Source of the DNA: a virus
DNA length: 44,496 bases
Virus record (IMG/VR): IMGVR_UViG_3300009124_000034
Location: 1 to 44,496 of that record
Reading direction: 5' to 3' (one strand)
Below, piece after piece: positions 18,102-25,187 of the stretch. The notes under the pieces are model-generated. The model was given only the letters and a program-made list of their open reading frames with translations, was not told the DNA's origin and did no database searches. Made by a program: the position numbers and the translations under genes. Numbering within the stretch: position 1 is the stretch's first letter; the number at the start of each line of letters is the position of its first letter.

Positions 18102-18647
18102 TCAGTGTTTTTTGAGCCAGAGCTGCATGGCCTCTTCAATGGCCTGGGCTTTGTTGACCTGGAGCGCAATACAACGCCCCAGGAACTTGCACTTGAGGTT
18201 TTTGTCCACGGCAGAGATCACCATCTTCTCCCGTACAGACGTTGAGGAAGGGATAACCACTGGAAGTGTGTTGCTGACCTCCTGCAACGGCTTAGAGACG
18301 CTGAGATGGCTGGAGTCCTCCCGGATGGATTTAAACCGCGCAATACCGTCTTCAAAGCGCTTGTCAGCGGGCTTGACAAGCTCCAGGTTGACGGCGGTAC
18401 CAACAGGGCAAATCTCTTCGTTGAGCCATGAGGGCGCGAACTCCATGCTGACCATGCCCCTGTGAATGCCCTCTGGGACGTCACAGGATGGGTCCAGGGT
18501 GACAAACAGCAGTTTGGATGTGTTGGTGACGCGCCAGCTGGCCGCAATGCCCCAAGCGTCGTAATGGTTGTACGCCCCATCAACTGCAGGCCAGTTGGTG
18601 TTGCGTTGTTCTGCCATCGAAATAACCATCAGCAAGAAAGAAAGCAA
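18102..18647 (-). CDS. Hypothetical protein (alternative start at 18617)
   Basis: 181-aa ORF abutting the next gene. The first 10 codons are hydrophobic and may be untranslated (MAEQRN at 18617). Confidence 0.55.
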   Translation of the reverse strand: MLSFLLMVISMAEQRNTNWPAVDGAYNHYDAWGIAASWRVTNTSKLLFVTLDPSCDVPEGIHRGMVSMEFAPSWLNEEICPVGTAVNLELVKPADKRFEDGIARFKSIREDSSHLSVSKPLQEVSNTLPVVIPSSTSVREKMVISAVDKNLKCKFLGRCIALQVNKAQAIEEAMQLWLKKH

Positions 18648-18666
18648 GAGGTGCCCGGAGGCACCT
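18634..18666 (-). terminator. Possible intrinsic terminator/attenuator after the primase-helicase gene
   Basis: AGGTGCC-tccg-GGCACCT (minus-strand reading), a 7-bp stem followed by the T-rich tract CTTGCTTTCTTTCTT. It lies between the stop at 18680 and the next start. Confidence 0.35.
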
Positions 18667-18679
18667 CAAGCCTATTCCG

Positions 18680-21124
18680 TTAATCCCAAATTTCATGCGC
18701 CTTGTCCAAAGCATCTTGCAATTGCTCTGAACTGCGATCTTCCTCGCGCGCGCGGGGGCTATGGGACAACGTCCCACTTGGGTCAGATCCCGCGTCAGCA
18801 CTGGATTCCTTAGTGGGACACTCCTGTTTTTCAGAGAAGGTGTCCCACTTAGACGCTCCAGCCTCCAATTCCTTAGTGGGACACTTTTCGTCCTTAGTGG
18901 GACTGTCCCACTTAGAAAGTGAGTTATTGCAAGGGGTTTGGGGTAAGTGGGACACCTCTTTGAAGCCCCCGCGCACGAGTAAAGCTCTGTATTCCAACTC
19001 TGGAGACCCCTTCTTTAGTTGCTGGAGCGTCCTGACCTCCAACACACCCCGGTTGACCAAACGCTGGAGCGCTTTACGGATTGCGCTGACGTTGCCACCC
19101 ACAAGCGGATCAGCGTTGAGTTGCTGGCGCGACAACCACTCGTTTTTGGTTTGGAGGCGGTTCATGATCCGCTCTGCAACAGTTCCAGCCCGTGTTTGAA
19201 GCTCCTCAAGCTTGCGTGCCTCGACCAGGGAAACGGTGAGATCCTCGTTTTGGGTCTGGATAAGCGATTCACCACTGCGGTTCAAGCGTGACTTGCCAAC
19301 GGTGATGACCCGCTGGTCAACCTGAAGACCAGAGTCTTTTTTGGGGTGGCTGATATTCCAGACCTCAGAGACCGCAGCAGAGATGGCTGTAGAGCCTCGT
19401 GCGCCCCCTGTGGCCTTTGCAGCGTGGTGGAGGACCACGATGGTGCAAGCAGGCCAGAGAATGCCGTTCTTGGCGCTCAGCCAGTACAGAGGCTGCGCAA
19501 ACTCAGCCTTGTTCTCATCCCCCGCCTTAGACCCAGAGCAGCTGGAGAGGCTGTCGATGCAGATCATGGACGGCTTCACCCGGTTCATGGTCTTCATGAA
19601 CTGCGCCTGCCTGTAGATGTTGAAGTCAGGCTCGAACCAGAAGTTCTGCCCGTTTTTGATTTCATGCAGGTCGTACTCCTCTTGGAAATCCAGTGAGGAC
19701 ATGTCTGCGTTGAAGTAGATCACTGGACCTGCTTCAACCGGCACCAGCTGATCCTTGAGCTGGAACGGAATGCCATCCACCACATGCTTCATCAGAGCCA
19801 GGGCAGTCGCGCTCTTACCGCACCCTGGATCGCCGTACATCAGCAGGAGATACCCATAGGGCAGCAAACCAGGAATCAGGAAATCCCGAAGACCCCGCTC
19901 CCGGATATCCATGGTTCTGCCCGCTTCCCGTGTCTGCTGCGTGATGTACTCCATAAGCAGCTTTTCAACACCGGATTGGTCTTTGTAACGAGCTTCCATT
20001 GCGATGGAGTGCAGCTCGTAATTCATGCGAGAGGTGTCGTCGAGCTCATAAGCAGCCATACCGCGACGAATGATTTCGTCGTAAGGAAGCCCCACCTCCC
20101 TGGTGCGTTGAACTGCAGCCTCAGCAGCCTCAAGAATTTTCAGGCTGTCCGGCTGGAACCTGGTGCGTTTGGGGTCAATGCGGTCTGCCTGATAGATCAG
20201 GGAGCCCAGTCCAATACGGCCACCAGCTTTGAAGGAGTTCCAAGGCTGCTCACAGGGGTTTTGATTGCCCTGCCATTCATGAGCAAAGTCGAGGTCTTTG
20301 GCAGACCAGGCAGACCAGAGTGTGAGGCCCAAGTAATTGGGCAGTACGGAGTGGATCGCCATGCCAATGCGGATCCAGTGATCCCGCTGCCCAGCACCGC
20401 GAGGTTGGATGACGTCAAGGCAATCAGTGATGATCACCGCGATTTCATCCTCAGTGCGATCACTGAGATCAAGGGCAGTGCGGTTTTTGATGAAGGTGTT
20501 GGGAGCCTTAGCGGCCTTCATCTCCGCTAGGAGCCACGCAGGAGCCTCTGGAACGGCGTCCGGGTCCCCGCTGAAGTCATATTCCCCTGCGGGCCATTTG
20601 CCGTCCTGTGAGCCCGGATAGGCCCCGTAGATGACGCCCTGAGCACCGAACAGGACTTCGTAGCCGAGGTTGTGGTCTTCTGAATGACCAAAGCCACTAA
20701 CCTCATTCCAAAGTTCCTGAGGAACCCGGAAGATATATTTAGCGGCGTTCCTTTTAGTGGAAGTAATAACTGGAGCGCCGTCCAGATCCGAACCCCACTT
20801 ACGCTTGAGCGCAGCAAGATTTTTGTCAACGTCAAGGATGACAAGACCATTGCCTCTGATGCCAGTGAATACACCAACAGCAGAGAGATCAGAGCGCTTT
20901 TCAAGCTGGTGCGCTACGTCATCCCGATTAAGGGATTTGTCAAAGGCAAGTTCAAGGGGATTTTTACCGATGGCTTCTTTGCCGGAGATCATCCGAGCGC
21001 CTTTGCGGTAAATGGGAGCAAGTACCCAACTCAGGGGCAGTTGCTTGACGAGATCTACTAGTCTCATACTAAAGTGAAATAGAGGTTTACAAACGCCCTT
21101 CAGGTTCTGCGGCCTGAGGGGCAT
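18680..21124 (-). CDS. Bifunctional primase-polymerase / helicase (prim-pol + PriCT-like + RecA-type ATPase)
   Basis: VGVFTGIRGNGLVILDVDKN (prim-pol DxD), HWIRIGMAIHS (primase C-terminal type), Walker A LLMYGDPGCGKSAT and Walker B-like MICIDSLSS. The start may be 21066 (MRLVDL) because 21124 sits inside a strong hairpin. Confidence 0.85.
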   Translation of the reverse strand: MPLRPQNLKGVCKPLFHFSMRLVDLVKQLPLSWVLAPIYRKGARMISGKEAIGKNPLELAFDKSLNRDDVAHQLEKRSDLSAVGVFTGIRGNGLVILDVDKNLAALKRKWGSDLDGAPVITSTKRNAAKYIFRVPQELWNEVSGFGHSEDHNLGYEVLFGAQGVIYGAYPGSQDGKWPAGEYDFSGDPDAVPEAPAWLLAEMKAAKAPNTFIKNRTALDLSDRTEDEIAVIITDCLDVIQPRGAGQRDHWIRIGMAIHSVLPNYLGLTLWSAWSAKDLDFAHEWQGNQNPCEQPWNSFKAGGRIGLGSLIYQADRIDPKRTRFQPDSLKILEAAEAAVQRTREVGLPYDEIIRRGMAAYELDDTSRMNYELHSIAMEARYKDQSGVEKLLMEYITQQTREAGRTMDIRERGLRDFLIPGLLPYGYLLLMYGDPGCGKSATALALMKHVVDGIPFQLKDQLVPVEAGPVIYFNADMSSLDFQEEYDLHEIKNGQNFWFEPDFNIYRQAQFMKTMNRVKPSMICIDSLSSCSGSKAGDENKAEFAQPLYWLSAKNGILWPACTIVVLHHAAKATGGARGSTAISAAVSEVWNISHPKKDSGLQVDQRVITVGKSRLNRSGESLIQTQNEDLTVSLVEARKLEELQTRAGTVAERIMNRLQTKNEWLSRQQLNADPLVGGNVSAIRKALQRLVNRGVLEVRTLQQLKKGSPELEYRALLVRGGFKEVSHLPQTPCNNSLSKWDSPTKDEKCPTKELEAGASKWDTFSEKQECPTKESSADAGSDPSGTLSHSPRAREEDRSSEQLQDALDKAHEIWD
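18762..18953. repeat. Iteron cluster: 7 copies of AGTGGGAC/GTCCCACT in both orientations (candidate replication origin) inside the primase-helicase 3' end
   Basis: GTCCCACT at 18771, 18842 and 18905. AGTGGGAC at 18812, 18875, 18896 and 18946. Extended unit CCTTAGTGGGACAC. Includes the palindromes TGGGAC-aac-GTCCCA (18762) and TGGGAC-t-GTCCCA (18898). Confidence 0.7.
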
Positions 21125-21129
21125 TTTTT
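21095..21129. other. Strong hairpin plus T-run overlapping the annotated primase-helicase start codon
   Basis: GCCCTTCAGG-ttctgcgg-CCTGAGGGGC, 10 bp with one G-U, followed on the given strand by ATTTTTTATT. The ATG at 21122-21124 (minus strand) lies in the stem. Confidence 0.5.
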
Positions 21130-21201
21130 ATTGTATGGAGGCTTGTCAAGCCCATGGAACGGTACTAGGGTGGTCGAGCCAACCGAGCAAGAACAGCGCT
21201 C

Positions 21202-21792
21202 ATGGGCTTCATTTCAACCAAAGCATCAAAGATCGCAGCCGGAGGCGGCGGCGGTAATGGCGGATATATGACCGCTTCCAAGCTGGGGGACGGCGAGTCC
21301 TATCGGATTGCCATCCTCAGCGAAGAACCCCTGGAGTATTTCACTGTCTGGGGCGAGACCGACGATGGCCAGAAGAAGCCATTCAGGTTTGCCGACGAAC
21401 CTACTGCTGATGACATCACCAAAGAACTAGGTGACTACAAACAGCGCATGAATTATGAAGGCACCGAACTTGAAAAACCCAAGTTTGCCCTTGCATTTTT
21501 CTGCTTTGACTACGCAGATTCCAAGGTCAAGGTATTTGAAATGGGTCAAAAGACTCTTATCAAAGAACTTGACAACATCTGCAACCAAGAGGATTACTCA
21601 AACCTCCAAGAATGGGACATGGTTGTATCACGTACAGGCGTAAAAATGAACACGGAATACAAAATTCTCCCCGCACCCCGCAAAAAGGGTATGCAGGAGA
21701 CCGTGGATGCAGCCTGGAGCGATGCTGAGGGCAAGGGCTACGACCTCACCCAGCTGATGGTGGGCGGAAATCCATTTGGCGAGACGTTGTAA
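21202..21792 (+). CDS. Putative ssDNA-binding / annealing protein (function from context only)
   Basis: 196-aa ORF with a Gly-rich N-terminus. It is the first gene of a rightward operon divergent from the replication block, upstream of a PD-(D/E)XK nuclease. No diagnostic motif was recognised. Confidence 0.35.
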   Translation: MGFISTKASKIAAGGGGGNGGYMTASKLGDGESYRIAILSEEPLEYFTVWGETDDGQKKPFRFADEPTADDITKELGDYKQRMNYEGTELEKPKFALAFFCFDYADSKVKVFEMGQKTLIKELDNICNQEDYSNLQEWDMVVSRTGVKMNTEYKILPAPRKKGMQETVDAAWSDAEGKGYDLTQLMVGGNPFGETL

Positions 21793-21886
21793 AGACCCAG
21801 ATTTCTGGTATTCTTTGCGAGTAAACGACTCTGATCGGCTGTTTACATCACGCCCAGCTGTTGTTCGCTGCTCCTGTGACTTCAGA

Positions 21887-21916
21887 ACCCCGAGACCCAC
21901 TTCTCGGGGTTTTGTT
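21887..21916 (+). terminator. Rho-independent terminator
   Basis: ACCCCGAGA-cccact-TCTCGGGGT followed by TTTGTTG, 95 nt after the stop at 21792. Confidence 0.8.
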
Positions 21917-21985
21917 GTATCCGCTGGAACGTTGCCATTCACATGCACTGATTTTGTGCTAATCTAAAAAACTGAAGGGGTACAA

Positions 21986-22018
21986 AGAGGCAACCGGCCG
22001 AGCGGTGGCCTCTTTTTT
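21986..22018 (+). terminator. Second rho-independent terminator in tandem
   Basis: AGAGGCAACCG-gccgag-CGGTGGCCTCT with one mismatch, followed by TTTTTTATT. Confidence 0.8.
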
Positions 22019-22051
22019 ATTGGCTATAGTAAATCTGGGAAAGAGTATTTC

Positions 22052-22228
22052 ATGACCTACGGAGCAGAAGACGTCCAAACCCAAGACCAGCGAATGGCCC
22101 GCTTAGAGCACCTATACCGCAAGGACCTCCGCTTCCGTAAGGATCATCCCTGGCACGGTCACTTCACCGGCCTATTCAATCTGTACCGCAACCATCCCGC
22201 AATGACCGAAAACATCAAAAGTGTTTAG
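22052..22228 (+). CDS. Small hypothetical protein (hand-translated)
   Basis: 58-aa ORF MTYGAEDVQTQDQRMARLEHLYRKDLRF... starting 34 nt after the terminator. The next ORF starts 2 nt after its stop. Confidence 0.4.
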   Translation: MTYGAEDVQTQDQRMARLEHLYRKDLRFRKDHPWHGHFTGLFNLYRNHPAMTENIKSV

Positions 22229-22230
22229 TC

Positions 22231-22392
22231 ATGCTGGAACGTACCCCAGAACCCGAAATACATAACGAAGAAGACGGCATGGTTCGTATTAGTATCGGAC
22301 CATACAAAGGCTGGGTAAGCTCACACCATCTCATAGACCCCAAAGTAAATCAGCTTATCCATATATGGAATCAGAATCACAACAAAAGCTAA
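22231..22392 (+). CDS. Small hypothetical protein (hand-translated)
   Basis: 53-aa ORF MLERTPEPEIHNEEDGMVRISIGPYKGWV... that overlaps the start of the nuclease gene. Confidence 0.35.
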   Translation: MLERTPEPEIHNEEDGMVRISIGPYKGWVSSHHLIDPKVNQLIHIWNQNHNKS

Positions 22393-23180
22393 GTACCTTA
22401 CGCACAAGTCGGCTGGTACGAGATGATTCTGGCGATTTCCGCGTATATCGGGACAACGGGGGCAATACTTTTCACTCTGTTACGCACATCCTCAAAGAAA
22501 CAGCCCCACCCCAACAAAAAGAGGCCCTGGAACGGTGGCTGGCTCGACCGGGTGCTATCCAAGACCGGGATTTAGCCGCCAACCGAGGCACCAAAGCCCA
22601 CGACGCCTGTGAATACACCTTAAAAACCGCCGCCCAGCTGGCACGCAAAACCGCCAACAAGCGCAACAGCTGGAAAACCTCCCCAGACGGGCTGGAACGC
22701 TGCCCCGCCCCCATCACCCAATGGGCCCTAGAGAAAGCCGCCCTAGGAGCTCCCAAAGTCCCCTGGAACGCTGCTGGTTACGCCCGCAACCTAAAGGGCT
22801 GGATCCTGGAAAACGTAACCGCCATTCATGCGATTGAATTTTCCATTCATTACAGCCTCAACCAAAACCATGGATTCGCTGGAACGTGTGATGCCCTTGT
22901 AGACGTGAACAAAAAATTGTGCATCGTTGATTGGAAGACCTCTCAACGTGAACGATCAGAGGACATGCTTACGAATTACATCGACCAGCTTGGTGCGTAC
23001 AGCATTGGACTCAAGAGTCTCACCAACATCAAACCGCAAGGCGGCCTAGTAGTGGTGGCACGTCGCACCGGAGCCCCCCAAGTCCGAGAACTAAGCGAAC
23101 TCGAACTTAGGGGTGCCGAATTTAGGTTCCTGGAACGTGCTGAAGCATATTTTTCTGGTTTAAAAGAAGCCGCAAGTTGA
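22365..23180 (+). CDS. PD-(D/E)XK family nuclease (RecB/Cas4-like or lambda-Exo-like exonuclease)
   Basis: GFAGTCDALVD...KLCIVDWKTSQ fits the D...(D/E)xK core. The upstream GTKAHD / SVTHIL motifs are typical of this family. Confidence 0.6.
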   Translation: MESESQQKLSTLRTSRLVRDDSGDFRVYRDNGGNTFHSVTHILKETAPPQQKEALERWLARPGAIQDRDLAANRGTKAHDACEYTLKTAAQLARKTANKRNSWKTSPDGLERCPAPITQWALEKAALGAPKVPWNAAGYARNLKGWILENVTAIHAIEFSIHYSLNQNHGFAGTCDALVDVNKKLCIVDWKTSQRERSEDMLTNYIDQLGAYSIGLKSLTNIKPQGGLVVVARRTGAPQVRELSELELRGAEFRFLERAEAYFSGLKEAAS

Positions 23181-23181
23181 T

Positions 23182-23502
23182 CTACCTGGAACGCTTACGT
23201 GGATAGATCCCCTTGACCTGCCTGATGTTTTTAAGGCAATGGGGGTGGTCTGCATCCCTTTCCCCACGAAGGAAGAACCCACCCCCAACCAAAACGCCAT
23301 TCAGAGGCAGCCTCCTGCTCCCCCAAGCATTCAAAACCACCCAAGGGCCATAGTGCTGCCTGGAGCGCTCTAGGGCCTCCTCCACGCTGTTTGCGAGGGT
23401 CTGGCAGTAGATGATCCGCTCAGCCCCACGTTTAACGGTATCCGTCAACGTGAGACTCACGAGTCTCGTCTCTGTGAAAGTTGGTAGCTGGAGCGTTTTC
23501 AT
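23182..23502 (-). CDS. Hypothetical protein
   Basis: 106-aa ORF convergent with the nuclease gene (stops 1 nt apart). Confidence 0.5.
   Translation of the reverse strand: MKTLQLPTFTETRLVSLTLTDTVKRGAERIIYCQTLANSVEEALERSRQHYGPWVVLNAWGSRRLPLNGVLVGGGFFLRGERDADHPHCLKNIRQVKGIYPRKRSR
23451..23468. promoter_or_regulatory. Inverted pair GAGACTC-ac-GAGTCTC
   Basis: Perfect 7-bp inverted repeat using the same word as the direct pairs at 13777 and 23922. It lies at the 5' end of ORF 23182..23502. Confidence 0.4.
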
Positions 23503-23505
23503 GGT

Positions 23506-23706
23506 TCAAACCTCCGAAGCGCAAACTTCACAAAGATCTTGTTTGATTGAAAGTCGGTAAGGAGCCCAGTCCTTACCGCCATTGATGGATTCTTGCCCAG
23601 TCACACTCCTGGAACGTTGACCATACAAATCGCCTTTAGCGATCGTTGCTTCGCATTGCTTGCAAGTGCGTTCTTTCCTGGAACGTTTGAGTTTCATTAG
23701 AGCCAT
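23506..23706 (-). CDS. Small zinc-ribbon protein
   Basis: 66-aa ORF with CKQC...CEVC cysteine pairs. The start codon lies within the first unit of the 19-bp tandem repeat (alternative start at 23697). Confidence 0.5.
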   Translation of the reverse strand: MALMKLKRSRKERTCKQCEATIAKGDLYGQRSRSVTGQESINGGKDWAPYRLSIKQDLCEVCASEV

Positions 23707-23776
23707 TCATAAGGGAAAAAGCCATTCATAGCGAAAATCGCCATTCATAGCGAAAAAGCCATTCATAGGGTGATTG
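23702..23776. repeat. Tandem repeat, 4 units of 18-19 bp (GCCATTCATAGCGAAAAA)
   Basis: GCCATTCATA at 23702, 23721, 23740 and 23758, each followed by an (A/G)G(C/G)GAAAA-type A-tract. It is intergenic, upstream of the leftward gene 23506..23706. Confidence 0.9.
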
Positions 23777-23921
23777 GCTGGAGCGTCGCCTTGGTGTGGT
23801 TCCGCTTGATGACCAATGTAGCACCACAGGGTCAGGCGTCAAGGTTGGCTGGTACGTGATCGCATACGGGTAAGAATGAGAATCGTTCTCAACAGCAAGG
23901 CGAGTTAACCCGTAGTCGTTA

Positions 23922-23939
23922 TGAGTCTCATGAGTCTCA
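23922..23939. promoter_or_regulatory. Paired TGAGTCTCA sites (operator-like)
   Basis: TGAGTCTCA-TGAGTCTCA, a perfect direct 9-mer pair, intergenic, 10 nt downstream (leftward) of the terminator at 23952-23972. Confidence 0.5.
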
Positions 23940-23951
23940 TCTACGGGCAAT

Positions 23952-23972
23952 AAAAAAGGCCCGAAGGCCCTG
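23952..23972 (-). terminator. Rho-independent terminator (minus strand) with UUCG tetraloop
   Basis: The minus strand reads AGGGCC-TTCG-GGCCTT followed by TTTTTTATT. It starts 4 nt after the stop of gene 23976..24338. Confidence 0.75.
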
Positions 23973-23975
23973 TAG

Positions 23976-24338
23976 TTACTTTGTACTGGTCCGCTTGCGA
24001 GCTTTACCGGCGTCAATCCTGACCTTACGAGTGCTGGGACGTTTACCGACAGATTCCGGTTTCCATTGATTCCAAAGTTCAGCAGGACAGGGACAACCGC
24101 CCTCCATGCTTTCCTGGCGTAGAGACCAAGACGGGATCAGCTCATGTGCTAACTGCCTCCCGCCTTCCTTTCCGTGTCTGCTGTGGAGCGTTAACAAGGT
24201 CTCCCACTCTGCTGGGGTGATCGGGTAACGATCGATTGCCCAGCGCAGATCTTTGTAGGCGATTTTTTCTAGGCGCTTGATTTCGCGCTCTTCTTGGGTG
24301 GAGCGCTTCTTTATTTCTGTGGTGCTGAAAACTGACAA
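23976..24338 (-). CDS. Hypothetical basic protein
   Basis: 120-aa ORF with a TTG start per the track. It is followed by its own terminator and is divergent from ORF 24496. Confidence 0.5.
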   Translation of the reverse strand: MSVFSTTEIKKRSTQEEREIKRLEKIAYKDLRWAIDRYPITPAEWETLLTLHSRHGKEGGRQLAHELIPSWSLRQESMEGGCPCPAELWNQWKPESVGKRPSTRKVRIDAGKARKRTSTK

Positions 24339-24495
24339 GGGTGTCTAGGTGGGGCTACCCAAGCACAATACAGGAAAAACGAAAAATGGCGATTAATTTG
24401 TGGAAAACTGCCTATAGCTAGGGTCTGTTGACTGAGGCGCTTGCGTTTCCCCAGGATCTGTGTTCTACTGTAGTGGTTGACTCCACCTAAAGGTC

Positions 24496-25131
24496 ATGAC
24501 TGCTTCCGCTGATCCTAAGTTCTGGGACTGTCCCACGCTGGACACTGACGAGCACATCCGTCAAAGTTTGGGGGAACCCTTAACGCTGCCAGATTCTGTG
24601 GATCCTGGCTCGTGGTGCGCTGATGCCGAACCAGCCCTGCTTCGCTGGTTTGCGAGGCAGACTCGTCAACAATACGTACAGCGCGTACGGGACAACACCT
24701 ACAATTCAGAAAACGACTTTTCTGCTAATTTCGTTTTTTCCGTGTTTGCTCCAGAGGACGCCCCTGACTGGTTTTTTTCTCCAGACGTCTTTGTTGTCGT
24801 TGAAAAGCACCTAGGTGGTGACGTACGCGGAAATTACGGACCTTTAGCTGTCTACCGCGCCGATTGTTTGGCCGAGACAGGCTTCCTTGATTGGGTCTGC
24901 GGCTGGCACGCTTCCCCGCTTCCGGCTGACGCTGATGCAGAGTGGCCAGCTTTGCAGGCTTGGAACGATCGCTTTGCTATTGGGTACAGCAGTTGGCCGA
25001 CTGGTGAGGTCCGGGACGCTTTGGTCAGTAAAGAACCTGCATGGTCGGAATCTTGCGGTGCCTACCTGGCACGCTTGGAAGACGTTCCGTTTCCGGTTGT
25101 TTTAGAACCGGTTGCGTCATTTTACTGTTGA
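24496..25131 (+). CDS. Hypothetical protein
   Basis: 211-aa ORF, first gene of the long rightward transcription unit. It contains the TGGGACTGTCCCA palindrome at codons 10-13. Confidence 0.6.
   Translation: MTASADPKFWDCPTLDTDEHIRQSLGEPLTLPDSVDPGSWCADAEPALLRWFARQTRQQYVQRVRDNTYNSENDFSANFVFSVFAPEDAPDWFFSPDVFVVVEKHLGGDVRGNYGPLAVYRADCLAETGFLDWVCGWHASPLPADADAEWPALQAWNDRFAIGYSSWPTGEVRDALVSKEPAWSESCGAYLARLEDVPFPVVLEPVASFYC
24523..24535. promoter_or_regulatory. 13-bp palindrome TGGGAC-t-GTCCCA identical to the one in the iteron cluster
   Basis: Exact 14-mer TGGGACTGTCCCAC shared with 18898-18911. It is preceded by CTAAG as in the iteron unit. Confidence 0.55.
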
Positions 25132-25187
25132 GATGCTACAGTAGAAACCGAGCAGACAAGCTCACCAACTATCACCACATCAAACCT

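Noticed and set aside
19784-20530. 248-aa plus-strand ORF and several others (18702..19199, 19346..19696, 20684..21061) antisense to the primase-helicase gene
   Set aside because: They lie entirely inside a gene with clear prim-pol and Walker motifs on the other strand. Their products are Arg/Ser/Leu-rich and motif-less, as is typical of antisense frames in GC-balanced genes.
23726-24016. 96-aa minus-strand ORF from the track
   Set aside because: Its 5' part overlaps the stop region and the intrinsic terminator of gene 23976..24338. Its 3' end is just the translated tandem repeat (EWLFRYEWRF). The region is better explained as a regulatory spacer.
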